Virus record (IMG/VR): IMGVR_UViG_3300028025_001698 | Coordinates: 1 to 59,256 of that record | From: a virus | Taxonomy: Duplodnaviria; Caudoviricetes | Reading direction: 5' to 3' (one strand) | DNA length: 59,256 nucleotides | Shown here: positions 8,571-18,978 of the stretch, one piece after another | Position numbering within the stretch: position 1 is the first letter of the stretch | Layout: the number at the start of each line of letters is the position of its first letter | Position numbers and translations under genes: made by a program | Notes under the pieces: generated by a model | Told to the model about the DNA's origin: nothing | What the model saw: the letters and a program-made list of their open reading frames with translations, nothing else | Databases searched by the model: none

Positions 8571-11500
8571 TTGATTTTCCTAATTCTTTTTGTAAGTATT
8601 TAGCGAAAGCGGGACTTGTTCCAACTATGGGAAGCAGCTTCGCACCCTGTTCAATCTTTTTACCTTCTGGTGCCTCCAAAGCTCGTTTAACCTTACTAAG
8701 GTATGAGAGCTGTGCAGATTGATCGGCAATCCTATCTAAAATATCTTTCTTTTTGTTGTCTTCCATCAACGGGAACATCTGATCAAACACTCTTTGTCCA
8801 GAACCTAGTATACCCATTTGATTAATAACTCTTAAGAATTCTTTGTTTTCTTTAACCCATTTAGGTGGGCTTTCTCCGTACTTGATCATGTCTTTAATGT
8901 ACAAAGCAATCATAGACAAACCAATCATCATAGCAATAACAGCCGCAGAATTCTTTTGGTCTTCTGATCCTGCTTTACGCAAGTCACCTAACAACCGTGG
9001 AAGAATATTAGCAGTAAATGCTGATGTGTATCCTGTAAATTGAGTAAATAATTTTAAATAAGGATCACTATAAAACTTAGGTCTGTTAAGAGTGCTAGGT
9101 AAAACAACAGCTTCGTTAACAAAGTTATAAGTAGCTTGTTGTAAGTTATTAACAACATAATCTTCTTTAGACTTTGTATCAGCATCAATAGCCATCATGT
9201 ATTCATAGTCAACATTTATTCTTCTTAAGTGGTCTTTAGCATCTGTTATTTCTTGCTCTGTACCTGTACCTTGAGTAACAACGTCTAACCAATTCTGAAT
9301 AGCATCAGCTGCAATAGCTAAACGAGCATTACGAGTAATAGCAGTTACAGAAGTAAGACCAGTTATCTTAAAGAAACCATCAGTCCATTTTGAATAGTAA
9401 GAAGTTAATATATCATTACGATGCCCAATACCACCTTCTCTAAGATATCCTGCTTCAGATAATTCTGTTCTTATCCTAGCGTTTTTGATAAGAACTCTAT
9501 CAGAAACCTTATTACCAAGCTCTCGATATATAGCACCCATCTCACTACCCGTACTCTTAAGCAATGCAAGAGTAGCTTTAGCGGCTTGTGGCCTATTTAA
9601 ATTACGATATATCTGAGCAAACTCTACAGTAGAACTAATAGCGGCTAATGGTAATGCAGTAATAGTAGATAAAAAGTTAAGGGTATTTAAACCACCTTTT
9701 AAATAAGGATTAGTAATAGCTTTGTATTCTCCATTGCGTATTGCTAATACGTCTTGAATTTCTTTAGCTATAAACCCTGCTTGTTCAGTATCTATATCAC
9801 CGTTGTCTAACATCTTTTGAACTAATGATGCAAGCTTAGAGCCATTCTCACCAATAAATTCTTTATTAGTATTATATGCAGCTGCAGATGCCGCCAAAGA
9901 GTAAGCATTGTCTAATATATTATGAGACATATATTGACTAAATAAACTTTTAAATCCTGGTTGAGCTATTTTAGCTTCTAATTCTTGTTTACCTTTAATC
10001 TTTTCAGCATTACCGTTAAGCATTGCATCAAGAGAATCTTCAAAGCTGTTTACTTGTTTGTTATCAAGTATTGCGTTAGTTAATTGTGTTGCATCTGCAT
10101 AATTCATATTCAAATGCTGTTGTAAATCTTTAACAAACTTAGCAGAATTTCTTGATACAAGTGCCTTATCTAATGGCTTATGTTCTAAGAATTGTTGGAC
10201 AGATAAATCTTTACCTGTTGCTTCATTATATGCTCGAGTTAAATTACTTATTCTATCTGCATAATCAATAATAGAATCTTTATACTGATCAAATTTACCA
10301 TAATCAATAGCTATCTTATCAGCAATATCTCTGGTAGAATCAGCAAACAAATCCTTTTTAATACGAGCTAATTCTTTTATAGCATTAACAACAGTAGGAT
10401 TAGAAATAATACGAGAGGCTTCTGTAGCAGATACCCCACCAAAAGAAGAAATAAAGTTTTCGCTATTACCAAAGTTCTTAAAGATGTTTGATTCCATCAT
10501 AGCCTGATGGTTCTCAATAGACGTACCATTAACAGCATTAGAACTACCTAACAATGTAGCTAACGTAGCTGAGTAAATGCTTTTGTGGTTAGTATCACCA
10601 GTTATAATGTTAGAGAACTTAGAAAATAAACCACCAATACCTTTATCTTTTATAGCTGAATACGTCTTAGCAACAACACCCTCAGTACCTCTTTTAGAAA
10701 TCTCAGGTTCCGCTAAAACATCTAACGATGTCTTAACATTATTTTTTAATTGTGATGTTTCTGTTTCATTAATAACTTGTTTAGTTGAAGGCATTGTAAC
10801 AAGAGGTTGATCTCCTGCTGCAATACGTTGCTCATTAACATCACTAAGGTATTTCTCTCTGAACTCAACATCTGTTGATGACCTAGGTATTTGGTCACTA
10901 GTAGTTAATGCTGAATAAGTTTTAAGGCCACCAGCTAATCCACCACCTAACACAGCACCACCAGCACCTGCATTCATTAATCTAGACTTTAACTTTGTCA
11001 TTTCTTCTGGTGAAGAAGGTAATTCAAAACCACCTTTCTCACCAAAATAACTAGTTAACTCTTGTCCTGTTTCTGTTAAACCTTCAACAAAAGCTCCTGC
11101 TCCTGTAGCTAAACCAATATCCTTTAGCTTACCCATCTTACTACCAGAGATTGCTTTAAAAGCAGTACTAACTTCTTTAACTGACTCAGTCATAGACTTA
11201 CGAACTAGCTCTTCAGCCGCTTCTTTAGTCATTGTTTTTTGTAATTCTTTTACAACTAAATCTTGAGTAGACTTCTTAGCAATATTTAAACCAGTATTTT
11301 TAAATAAATATCCTAATGATAATTTATCTAATACTGTCATAGTAAAGCCAGCAGCAATAGCAGCTGTTGCATTCTTATTCTTTTGGTCATTGTATACTTG
11401 ACCTGTATACATACTAAAAGGAACTGTTAAAGAAACACCATAAGTTAATGGTGCCGCCATTGTAGCAACAATACTAGTTAACATTTGTGGTGCAGAAGCA

Positions 11501-12369
11501 GCAGCACTTCCTACTGTCCAATCAAAGAATTTACCTAAAGTGTCTAGCTTCCAGTTACCTTTTTCATCAAAAGCTTCTGCGCTTCTTAATTCAGGTATGT
11601 CTGTTAACATTGAGTTTTTAGTATTAATACCTGATTGTGCAAAACTTTTTATTGCTTCACTACCAGTCTTGTCAGCAATTAAATCAAAGGTACCATATAT
11701 GTTTTTAGAGGCTTGAAGTTTACCTTGATCCCAACCACTATCTAAGTTAGATGTAGCCTTACCAAACTTATCTTCACCAGTTCTAATAATAGCTGGACCA
11801 GAAAAATAATCACTGTTGCCTGAATCATCAACAACACTGCCAAACTGACCAGCAGTATCAGTATAACGTTTAGCCATAAAACCAGCGGCATTACGTTCTT
11901 TGTTTAATGTGTCAAGAATATTGTCTGCTAATGTAGGCTTACGATCAACCCTGCGTTGTGCACGTTCTAAACTACCCATATACATAGAAGTATATTGGCC
12001 AGCATCTGTAGAAATAGTTGGATCAACATAACCTAATTCAAGAGCTTTACTAGTAAGACGTCTGCCAGCAGGATCTACTAAATCACCAACCTCACGCTTA
12101 TAAGATTTATCTCCAGTAAAAACAGGGGTAGTATAGTTGCCTTCACTAATTAAATTTTCCATAATTGCTGTTTGGAAATCAGCACCTAATTGAGCACCTT
12201 TAATTTGGTTAGGTTGAAACTTAGCAGTCTCCCTAGCGCTAACACCTTGAAGACGGATGGATTCCCCTGTAGGGGTTACCATAGTGTCGGCATCTTTAAG
12301 TGAGATACCTCCCGGTAAATCTGATTTCCTCGAGAAAATTTGTCGAAGTTCTTCGTCTAATCCATCCAT
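8560..12369 (-). CDS. Large internal virion/ejection protein with N-terminal staphylococcal-nuclease-like domain and hydrophobic segments
   Basis: LKDADT...IRLQGVSARET...DKSYKREVGDL...G resembles SNase DGDT/RLxGIDxPE/DxYGR. Ala/Gly-rich hydrophobic helices follow. Position fits an ejection protein. Confidence 0.7.
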   Translation of the reverse strand: MDGLDEELRQIFSRKSDLPGGISLKDADTMVTPTGESIRLQGVSARETAKFQPNQIKGAQLGADFQTAIMENLISEGNYTTPVFTGDKSYKREVGDLVDPAGRRLTSKALELGYVDPTISTDAGQYTSMYMGSLERAQRRVDRKPTLADNILDTLNKERNAAGFMAKRYTDTAGQFGSVVDDSGNSDYFSGPAIIRTGEDKFGKATSNLDSGWDQGKLQASKNIYGTFDLIADKTGSEAIKSFAQSGINTKNSMLTDIPELRSAEAFDEKGNWKLDTLGKFFDWTVGSAAASAPQMLTSIVATMAAPLTYGVSLTVPFSMYTGQVYNDQKNKNATAAIAAGFTMTVLDKLSLGYLFKNTGLNIAKKSTQDLVVKELQKTMTKEAAEELVRKSMTESVKEVSTAFKAISGSKMGKLKDIGLATGAGAFVEGLTETGQELTSYFGEKGGFELPSSPEEMTKLKSRLMNAGAGGAVLGGGLAGGLKTYSALTTSDQIPRSSTDVEFREKYLSDVNEQRIAAGDQPLVTMPSTKQVINETETSQLKNNVKTSLDVLAEPEISKRGTEGVVAKTYSAIKDKGIGGLFSKFSNIITGDTNHKSIYSATLATLLGSSNAVNGTSIENHQAMMESNIFKNFGNSENFISSFGGVSATEASRIISNPTVVNAIKELARIKKDLFADSTRDIADKIAIDYGKFDQYKDSIIDYADRISNLTRAYNEATGKDLSVQQFLEHKPLDKALVSRNSAKFVKDLQQHLNMNYADATQLTNAILDNKQVNSFEDSLDAMLNGNAEKIKGKQELEAKIAQPGFKSLFSQYMSHNILDNAYSLAASAAAYNTNKEFIGENGSKLASLVQKMLDNGDIDTEQAGFIAKEIQDVLAIRNGEYKAITNPYLKGGLNTLNFLSTITALPLAAISSTVEFAQIYRNLNRPQAAKATLALLKSTGSEMGAIYRELGNKVSDRVLIKNARIRTELSEAGYLREGGIGHRNDILTSYYSKWTDGFFKITGLTSVTAITRNARLAIAADAIQNWLDVVTQGTGTEQEITDAKDHLRRINVDYEYMMAIDADTKSKEDYVVNNLQQATYNFVNEAVVLPSTLNRPKFYSDPYLKLFTQFTGYTSAFTANILPRLLGDLRKAGSEDQKNSAAVIAMMIGLSMIALYIKDMIKYGESPPKWVKENKEFLRVINQMGILGSGQRVFDQMFPLMEDNKKKDILDRIADQSAQLSYLSKVKRALEAPEGKKIEQGAKLLPIVGTSPAFAKYLQKELGKSNGD

Positions 12370-12379
12370 TTGTTTTCCT

Positions 12380-14827
12380 TTATTTTAACTGATTCTGTAA
12401 TCTTGATTTCAAGAATTGTGCAAATGCGGTTTCATTATCTGTACCCTTGAATTCTTCACGATACTTTTTACCATCAGGTGAATTCCATACGGTTGCTAAT
12501 TTATTAACTCCATCAGCTAAGTTTTTCTGATCAATATTACCTTCTTTGTCAGATGCTGCTCGTCTAGCTAATGCATAAATTTCACTAATCTTTTCAGGCG
12601 GCATTGGCTTATTACCAATATTAAACAAATTAGGATCTGTACCTGTAAGACCCATACGATGAGTAACAATATTACGAGCTAAATAAGGTGTTACATCTTT
12701 AATGTCTTTAACTCTTCCAGATTTTTTATCAGCAATCATTTGTTCAGTTGCTTGATTCATAAGTGCAGTAGCTTCTTGGGAAACATCGGCACTTGTAATA
12801 TCAAAACCTGAACGTTTTAAATAAGATAAACTCTGTTGTGTATTTTGTTTAGGTGTTGGTAAACCAGATCTAGAAGGATTTGGTTGATCTTTAACATCTT
12901 CGCTACCAAGCTCACGTTTGTAAATTTCGCTAATAGCACTGGCCGCTTTATCAGTATGTTTTTCCATACGTTCAAGTTTGGCTTGAGGACTATTGTTCTT
13001 TAATTCTTCACGAGCATACATCATAGCCCACTGGTTACCCATTGTAGCTTGAAGTTGATTAAATTGTTTTTGAGATTGGGCAGCAAGCACTCTCATTTCT
13101 TGTTCTCGTTTTGCATAATCTCTTGTGAGCATAAATTCTTGATCAATTTTTCTCATCTTTTCTTGTTGATTAGCAATAAAACGATCATGTTCCCTACGAG
13201 CATCTTCTCTTAGAACTGCTCTTTTCTCAGCAGAAAGAGCATTCTCTTCAGCACGAACATCACGAACTTCTTGACCACGAATCTGAACAGCAGCTGCACG
13301 AATAGCTTTCTTATCTGCTTGTTGTTGTGCATTACGCTTAGATGATTCTTCAAATGCCTGTCTACCAGCAAAAGCAAGAGCACGATTAACACCAAACTTC
13401 CTAGCACCAACAGCAGTTGATATAGCCATACGAATAATATCTTGATTATTTAAACCAAGTTCTTCTTTAAAGCCACTGGCAGTAAACAAATTAGCTAATG
13501 AATCTGTAAAAGATTTTTCTGTCTTTTGTGTTCCAGATAATTCTTCAACAATCTCTGCTACACTACGAATTTTTCTAGATGCTTTAGCAGGATCTGTTTC
13601 ATAATCTTTCTTTAAACCAGAAACAAAAGCAGGATCTGTGCTTTCTTTAGGTGGAACTTCAGATACAGCAACTGTTACAGGAGTATTTTGGATATTGCTC
13701 TTATCACGTTCAGCAAGTTGTTCTACAGTCATTTGTTCTGGAGCAACTGCAAGAGGTGCTACGACAGGAGCTGGAGCTACTTGGGTAGGTGAAACAATAA
13801 CAGGTTGTGTGTCTTCAGGTACTACTTCTAAAGGAGTTTTATATCTATCAGGCATTGCAGGTACAACTGAGACAGTAGAAACTGGTACTACTGTATCTAC
13901 AACTACTGGAGGGACTTCTCTTGAAGTTATAACCGCATTAGATGGAGAAGCTTCAATAACAGGAGTTGATACTGCTTCAGTAGGTGGTCGTTTATCAACT
14001 GCAACCATATTAGCGTATAATTCAGCTTGATCTTTAGGATAGCGCTCATCCCATACAGGAATGTTTTCAACTGTTGGTTGAATAATCATTGGTACTACAT
14101 TTTGACGTTTTCTTTCTTCGTCAATGTCTGCATCAACAGTACCAAATTGGTAACCTGCCGCAGACTGTACTTGTTGGGGTACTACACCATATGTACCGTT
14201 CTTATAGTTAGCTTGGGCAGAAGAGCCACGGCTAAAGTCAGGCACACTCATTGTACCATGCATGAATGATGATCCGGGTACATCTGGATGACGATACGCT
14301 AATGATGGCACACCGCTAGTACCATCTGCATTATACAATGGGGCATCTGAGTTACGTACATCTACTGCACCGTCACGCATATTAGCCTTACGACCTTCTT
14401 GCACCATACGTTTAATAGCTTTTTTATTCTTAGGATTTTGTGCAGCAGCTCTAGGAATAACAGCTTCTCCGGGAGTAAGCATAGCAGGAACTGTATCAGT
14501 GCCTTTTGCTTGGAAGATAGGAGCTTGAGCAAGGCTACGTTGACCTTGTTTGAACATACCAGTGCCAGCTAAAGGATTTTGAGATGGGATACCTAGCTTT
14601 TGTTTGTTCATCCTAGCAGGAGGAATACCCATGTCTTTTAGTCTGGCATTATTAACTTGTTCTTTATGACCTAAACCTTGATTAGCTTTTGCAGCTGCTT
14701 CTTTAAGTTTAAGTTCATGTAATTGTTGTTTACGCATTTCATCAAGTCCCATCTTAGAAACTTCACGAGCTTCTTTATTCTGGAACTTGAGATATTCTCT
14801 CTGTTGTTTACCTGATAAGGGTGCCAT
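12380..14827 (-). CDS. Internal virion/ejection protein
   Basis: GTDTVPAMLTPGEAV motif typical of phage ejection and tape-measure proteins; Pro/Val-rich linker; coiled-coil region. Confidence 0.7.
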   Translation of the reverse strand: MAPLSGKQQREYLKFQNKEAREVSKMGLDEMRKQQLHELKLKEAAAKANQGLGHKEQVNNARLKDMGIPPARMNKQKLGIPSQNPLAGTGMFKQGQRSLAQAPIFQAKGTDTVPAMLTPGEAVIPRAAAQNPKNKKAIKRMVQEGRKANMRDGAVDVRNSDAPLYNADGTSGVPSLAYRHPDVPGSSFMHGTMSVPDFSRGSSAQANYKNGTYGVVPQQVQSAAGYQFGTVDADIDEERKRQNVVPMIIQPTVENIPVWDERYPKDQAELYANMVAVDKRPPTEAVSTPVIEASPSNAVITSREVPPVVVDTVVPVSTVSVVPAMPDRYKTPLEVVPEDTQPVIVSPTQVAPAPVVAPLAVAPEQMTVEQLAERDKSNIQNTPVTVAVSEVPPKESTDPAFVSGLKKDYETDPAKASRKIRSVAEIVEELSGTQKTEKSFTDSLANLFTASGFKEELGLNNQDIIRMAISTAVGARKFGVNRALAFAGRQAFEESSKRNAQQQADKKAIRAAAVQIRGQEVRDVRAEENALSAEKRAVLREDARREHDRFIANQQEKMRKIDQEFMLTRDYAKREQEMRVLAAQSQKQFNQLQATMGNQWAMMYAREELKNNSPQAKLERMEKHTDKAASAISEIYKRELGSEDVKDQPNPSRSGLPTPKQNTQQSLSYLKRSGFDITSADVSQEATALMNQATEQMIADKKSGRVKDIKDVTPYLARNIVTHRMGLTGTDPNLFNIGNKPMPPEKISEIYALARRAASDKEGNIDQKNLADGVNKLATVWNSPDGKKYREEFKGTDNETAFAQFLKSRLQNQLK

Positions 14828-14836
14828 AGTATTTCC

Positions 14837-15832
14837 TTAAAATATTCCTAGCTTCTTAGCTAACAATGCTCCACCAATGACCATGCCTACGGGTCCCATA
14901 GCGGCTAATGCGGCTTCCCCGCCTAAACCTGCGGCAGCACCCATACCAGCTGTAGTTGCACCAGTAGCTGCAGCTCCACCAGTAGCTAATGCAGTACCTT
15001 CAGCGGCTGCAACACCAGTGCTTAATCCTGCTAATGAGCTACCTAATGGAGCGGCAACTTCACCTGCACCAACTACTGTTGGCAACACTGAAGAAGCAAC
15101 AGGAGAAACCCCTTGTACAGCACCACCTATTGATGCAGGGGCATTCAAAGCATACATACCAGTAGAAGCAGGAGATGCTAAAGCACCAGCATTAGTCAAT
15201 GCAACAGGAGCACCACTAGCAGTAGTACCCATAGATGTAATAGCGTTAGTTGTTAATGGTGCATTATAAGCTTTATATGCGGCATCAATTCCTTTTGCAG
15301 CTGCATTGGTACCCATAGCTGTAGCTTGTTGACCTAAATATTGTTCTGTTTGGTCAGGCATAGCTTGAGGCACAACAATCTCTGCGGGTTTAATAGATGC
15401 GGCTAATGGAGCTACTTGTTCTTTTTTAGTCCAATTCCAAGGATCATCTTCTGCACCCATTGTTCCTTGTGCATAACCTGCTACGGATGTGCTACCATAA
15501 GCATACCCAGGAACTGACATAGTACCATTAGCAAGAGTCATACCTGAATTCATTTGGTTTGATGTACCACCCATACCCATTGAAGGAGTACTTGATGGTT
15601 GTGGTAAGTCAGAACCATAACTACTAGGTGCACCTAAGCCTGAGGATTGTGGTTGCATTGCACCAGCACCACCCCCTTTACCACCACTAGCCCCTTGCAT
15701 ATTACTTTGAGTCATGTCTGGTAATTGCATACCACCTTGAGGTATACCTCCGTCACCACCCATTGCACCTAAACCTTGTGATGCACCTTGCGATGGATTT
15801 CCTGTTGCGGGAGTTCCCATATTACCAGCCAT
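14837..15832 (-). CDS. Gly/Ala-rich internal virion protein with C-terminal hydrophobic helices
   Basis: Low-complexity G/A/M/S sequence with a hydrophobic C-terminus; position in the ejection module. Confidence 0.65.
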   Translation of the reverse strand: MAGNMGTPATGNPSQGASQGLGAMGGDGGIPQGGMQLPDMTQSNMQGASGGKGGGAGAMQPQSSGLGAPSSYGSDLPQPSSTPSMGMGGTSNQMNSGMTLANGTMSVPGYAYGSTSVAGYAQGTMGAEDDPWNWTKKEQVAPLAASIKPAEIVVPQAMPDQTEQYLGQQATAMGTNAAAKGIDAAYKAYNAPLTTNAITSMGTTASGAPVALTNAGALASPASTGMYALNAPASIGGAVQGVSPVASSVLPTVVGAGEVAAPLGSSLAGLSTGVAAAEGTALATGGAAATGATTAGMGAAAGLGGEAALAAMGPVGMVIGGALLAKKLGIF

Positions 15833-16518
15833 TATTTACCTCCTGAAGCATTTTGTCGTGCGGGATTACCATAGATAGTCGAAGCATAGCGCTGAAGACC
15901 TTGCCAAGCAGAGTCAAGACCTTGTTGTTCAACTCCACGTTGTTGATTACCAAGATTAGCCGTTCCTGCTACACCTTGATTAGCAATACCTGATGCAGCT
16001 GTAGCACCTGACTGAAGCGATTGTTCAGCTGCAAGACGATTCTTAAACGCTTTGTCTTCGTATTCAGCATCTAGTTTAGCTAATTGACCTGTAGTCTCAG
16101 CGTTCTGAGCGCCTTGCATAACAGCTTGTCGTGCAGAACCTAATGTCCCTGCTTGACCAAAACCTGTGTTAAGTTTTGCAACACCTTTTTGAGCTTCATT
16201 AAGAACACCAGCTTTTTGAGCAGCTAATATTTCAGCGCTAGGTGCAGTTGCCATAGTAGACAACCTTCTATTTTGATCACCTAAAGAACCAACAGCAGTA
16301 GATGTAGTTGCCTCAAGTAAATCTGCTCCAGATCCAAAAGCTTTTTTCTGTAAACTAGATTCACCAGCTACCTTAGACAAGTCACCACTCTCATATTTAC
16401 CTTGAGCCGCAGTACCTACTTTTTCTAAATAAGGTTGCGCCCACTCTGGAATACTACTTGTAGAACCTCCACCGCCCCCGTAGTTCCTTTTAATAGAACC
16501 ATTAATTTTATATTTCAT
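15832..16518 (-). CDS. DNA transfer/ejection protein (P22 gp7-like position)
   Basis: GGGGG...PEWAQPYL start, Ala/Gln-rich body, ends SGGK. Confidence 0.65.
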   Translation of the reverse strand: MKYKINGSIKRNYGGGGGSTSSIPEWAQPYLEKVGTAAQGKYESGDLSKVAGESSLQKKAFGSGADLLEATTSTAVGSLGDQNRRLSTMATAPSAEILAAQKAGVLNEAQKGVAKLNTGFGQAGTLGSARQAVMQGAQNAETTGQLAKLDAEYEDKAFKNRLAAEQSLQSGATAASGIANQGVAGTANLGNQQRGVEQQGLDSAWQGLQRYASTIYGNPARQNASGGK

Positions 16519-16934
16519 TCTAAATCCTTTCGCATTACTACGTAAGCTTCTTTAAATCCAGATACATACTTTGGTAGTACCTTTGCCCATCCTGGACGAC
16601 CCCATTGTTCAATAGCTTTACAGCCAGAATCACGGGCAAATTGTTCCACTGTAGGGAACACCTTAGATTGTTCTTCAAAGTCACTTCCAGAGAAAGCAAT
16701 TATATGAAGTGTTTTGTGTTGAGAGTATTGTAAGTATTGAGTTAAACCAGCACCAATAATATTTAATTCATCATCTACTACCGCCCAACATTGAATGTAC
16801 TCATTAAGAATCTTTTTAAGATAGTCTGTTAATGTAGATTCTCCTTGTCCATGCTCAATTACTTTCTGAAGTAATACAGAGAGTGTTGACCAGTGTTGTA
16901 CTGTTTGATCGGGTGATAACAAAATAATTTTCAT
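16515..16934 (-). CDS. Acetyltransferase-fold virion assembly protein
   Basis: GCKAIEQWGRPGWAKVL pattern and position just before the ejection genes, like T7 gp13 or P22 gp14. Confidence 0.6.
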   Translation of the reverse strand: MKIILLSPDQTVQHWSTLSVLLQKVIEHGQGESTLTDYLKKILNEYIQCWAVVDDELNIIGAGLTQYLQYSQHKTLHIIAFSGSDFEEQSKVFPTVEQFARDSGCKAIEQWGRPGWAKVLPKYVSGFKEAYVVMRKDLE

Positions 16935-16936
16935 AG

Positions 16937-17353
16937 TTAGTTTGGTGGAGTTGGCCACACTATAGTTACAGGATATCCTTGTTGAAAAGTAATATCTCTT
17001 AGTTGTTGTCTATAGGTTTCCCACTCAGTTTGTTTAGCTTGTGTTAATGGGTTGTTAGGTATTTGAGTCCAGTCACATAAGGTTAACAATTCATTTCTTT
17101 GTTGTTTAACTTTATTAGATAAGATAGTAGTATCAAACACCCATTCAGATGTATCAAAGTTGTAATAGTAGTTATCACCGGGAGAATTAGGTATTGGAAC
17201 AATTTCTTTATTAACTACTTTGTATTTTGTATTGTCAATAAAGGAGTCTGTTTGTAAATAATTATCTAAAGAATTTACAACTTCTAATTGTGTTACTCCA
17301 CTACCAATGATCCTACCATTGCTTAAGTTATATTGTACGTAATATGTATTCAT
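16937..17353 (-). CDS. Tail fibre assembly chaperone
   Basis: RNELLTLCDWTQ...WETYRQQLRDIT...WPTPP. Confidence 0.85.
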   Translation of the reverse strand: MNTYYVQYNLSNGRIIGSGVTQLEVVNSLDNYLQTDSFIDNTKYKVVNKEIVPIPNSPGDNYYYNFDTSEWVFDTTILSNKVKQQRNELLTLCDWTQIPNNPLTQAKQTEWETYRQQLRDITFQQGYPVTIVWPTPPN

Positions 17354-18975
17354 CGATAAGTCGCTAATGTTGTTAAGGCTGCGTTACCAACTATAAAAGA
17401 AGGTCCACCTGTTTCTTGTGATATTTGCACCATAAAACTCCTTGCTCCACTTCCAATTCCTGTCATATTAATTGTTAAAGGAAGAATTGTAGAGTTAGTG
17501 TGAGTTATACCATTTGCTAAAGTAGCAATACCACTATTAGTTTCTATAACTCTAACAAAAGATGCGGTTGTTCCCGAGCCAGACATATAAAACAAATTAA
17601 GAGATACAGTAACAAGAACAGCATCAGGTGTACTAGCATAAGTAGTAGATACACCACCTACGTCTTGCCAAACTCCTGGACCATTTTTGTTAACAGCACT
17701 ACCAAGATACGCTGAAATGTTTGCGGGTACTGTAACAGAGTTACTGTTAATATTACCTGTAGAAACAACGTTACCATTAAGGTACATAGCACTACCATTA
17801 TAAGTAATGTTAGTAGATGAATTACCAATAGCAAATGTACCTGTGTTATTTATCTTGGCACCTGAACCAGTCATAGTTGTACCACTAACTGCAGGGCTAG
17901 AGCCTACTGTTAAAGATCCTGCAAATGCAGTTCCCGCAGACAATGTTCCAGCTGTAATAGTACCCATGTTAGCACTAATAGCCGCAAGGTTAGATACGGT
18001 AATCTTATCTGATGTTACAGATCCAGCAAAGATTTTATCTGATGTAATAGCACCAGTTTCAATCTTAACAGAAGTAATAGCTTGAGCTGCAATAGCTTGA
18101 GCACCAATAGTTAATGCCGCAATGTTGTCACCAGTAATAGTATTGGCAAATATCTTATCACCAGTAATTGTACCAGCTTGGATATTACTTGCTACAATAG
18201 CATTAGCCGCAATCTTACCTGCTGTAATAGCATTAGCAGTAATCTTTTGAGATGTAATTGCATTGTCAGTAATCTGTGTGCTACCAACAGAGTTAGCAAC
18301 TAAATTACCTGTTGATGAATCAATAGCCGCAACTGCAGTCTTAGCCGCAGTAACTGCTCCATCAAGAAGCTTTATGTTAGTAACTGCATTAGTAGCAATC
18401 TGTGCGGCAGACACTGTATTAGGTCTAAGGTCACCAAAGGCTTGGTCAAGAGCCGCTACGTTGATCTTAGTAGCAGTTACAGCACTAGCCGCAATCTTAA
18501 GCTCTGTTACTGCTCCATTCATAAGTTCATTAAATGAAACAGTAGATGGAGGTACAATAGTATCTAAGTCAATAGCAGTACCATCATCTACTTTCCAATG
18601 ATAGTCTGGAGGAGAAGTATTAACAGCAAACTTAATCTTACGACCACCTAAGATAAGGTAGTAAAGAAAGTAAGTAGTACCAAAAGGAAATCCTGAAAGA
18701 TACCAAGTGTAGTCTGCTGGGTTAGTTGACTCTGTACTTGAGTCACTATTATAAATACCAAAGTAAGTCTTGTTAGTAGGTGTATTAGAAAACCCTGTAC
18801 CTACATTATCTGTAGCATACTTAACATGAATGTATTGGTATGTATAAGAACCGGGATCTCCACCAGGAATATCAGGGTTAGACTCTGTAGCACCAGTACT
18901 GCCATCTAAATTTAAACTTAAATCATACAGATAAGCATCAAGATCTTTATTACCTGTTATGGGAGGATTAAACAT
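17350..18975 (-). CDS. Tail protein/fibre with 10-residue repeats
   Basis: YIHVKYATD and STNPADYTW motifs, multiple (A/T)IT(S/G/A)xKIxAx decapeptides, LAAISANMGTITAG. Confidence 0.75.
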   Translation of the reverse strand: MFNPPITGNKDLDAYLYDLSLNLDGSTGATESNPDIPGGDPGSYTYQYIHVKYATDNVGTGFSNTPTNKTYFGIYNSDSSTESTNPADYTWYLSGFPFGTTYFLYYLILGGRKIKFAVNTSPPDYHWKVDDGTAIDLDTIVPPSTVSFNELMNGAVTELKIAASAVTATKINVAALDQAFGDLRPNTVSAAQIATNAVTNIKLLDGAVTAAKTAVAAIDSSTGNLVANSVGSTQITDNAITSQKITANAITAGKIAANAIVASNIQAGTITGDKIFANTITGDNIAALTIGAQAIAAQAITSVKIETGAITSDKIFAGSVTSDKITVSNLAAISANMGTITAGTLSAGTAFAGSLTVGSSPAVSGTTMTGSGAKINNTGTFAIGNSSTNITYNGSAMYLNGNVVSTGNINSNSVTVPANISAYLGSAVNKNGPGVWQDVGGVSTTYASTPDAVLVTVSLNLFYMSGSGTTASFVRVIETNSGIATLANGITHTNSTILPLTINMTGIGSGARSFMVQISQETGGPSFIVGNAALTTLATYR

Positions 18976-18978
18976 ATA

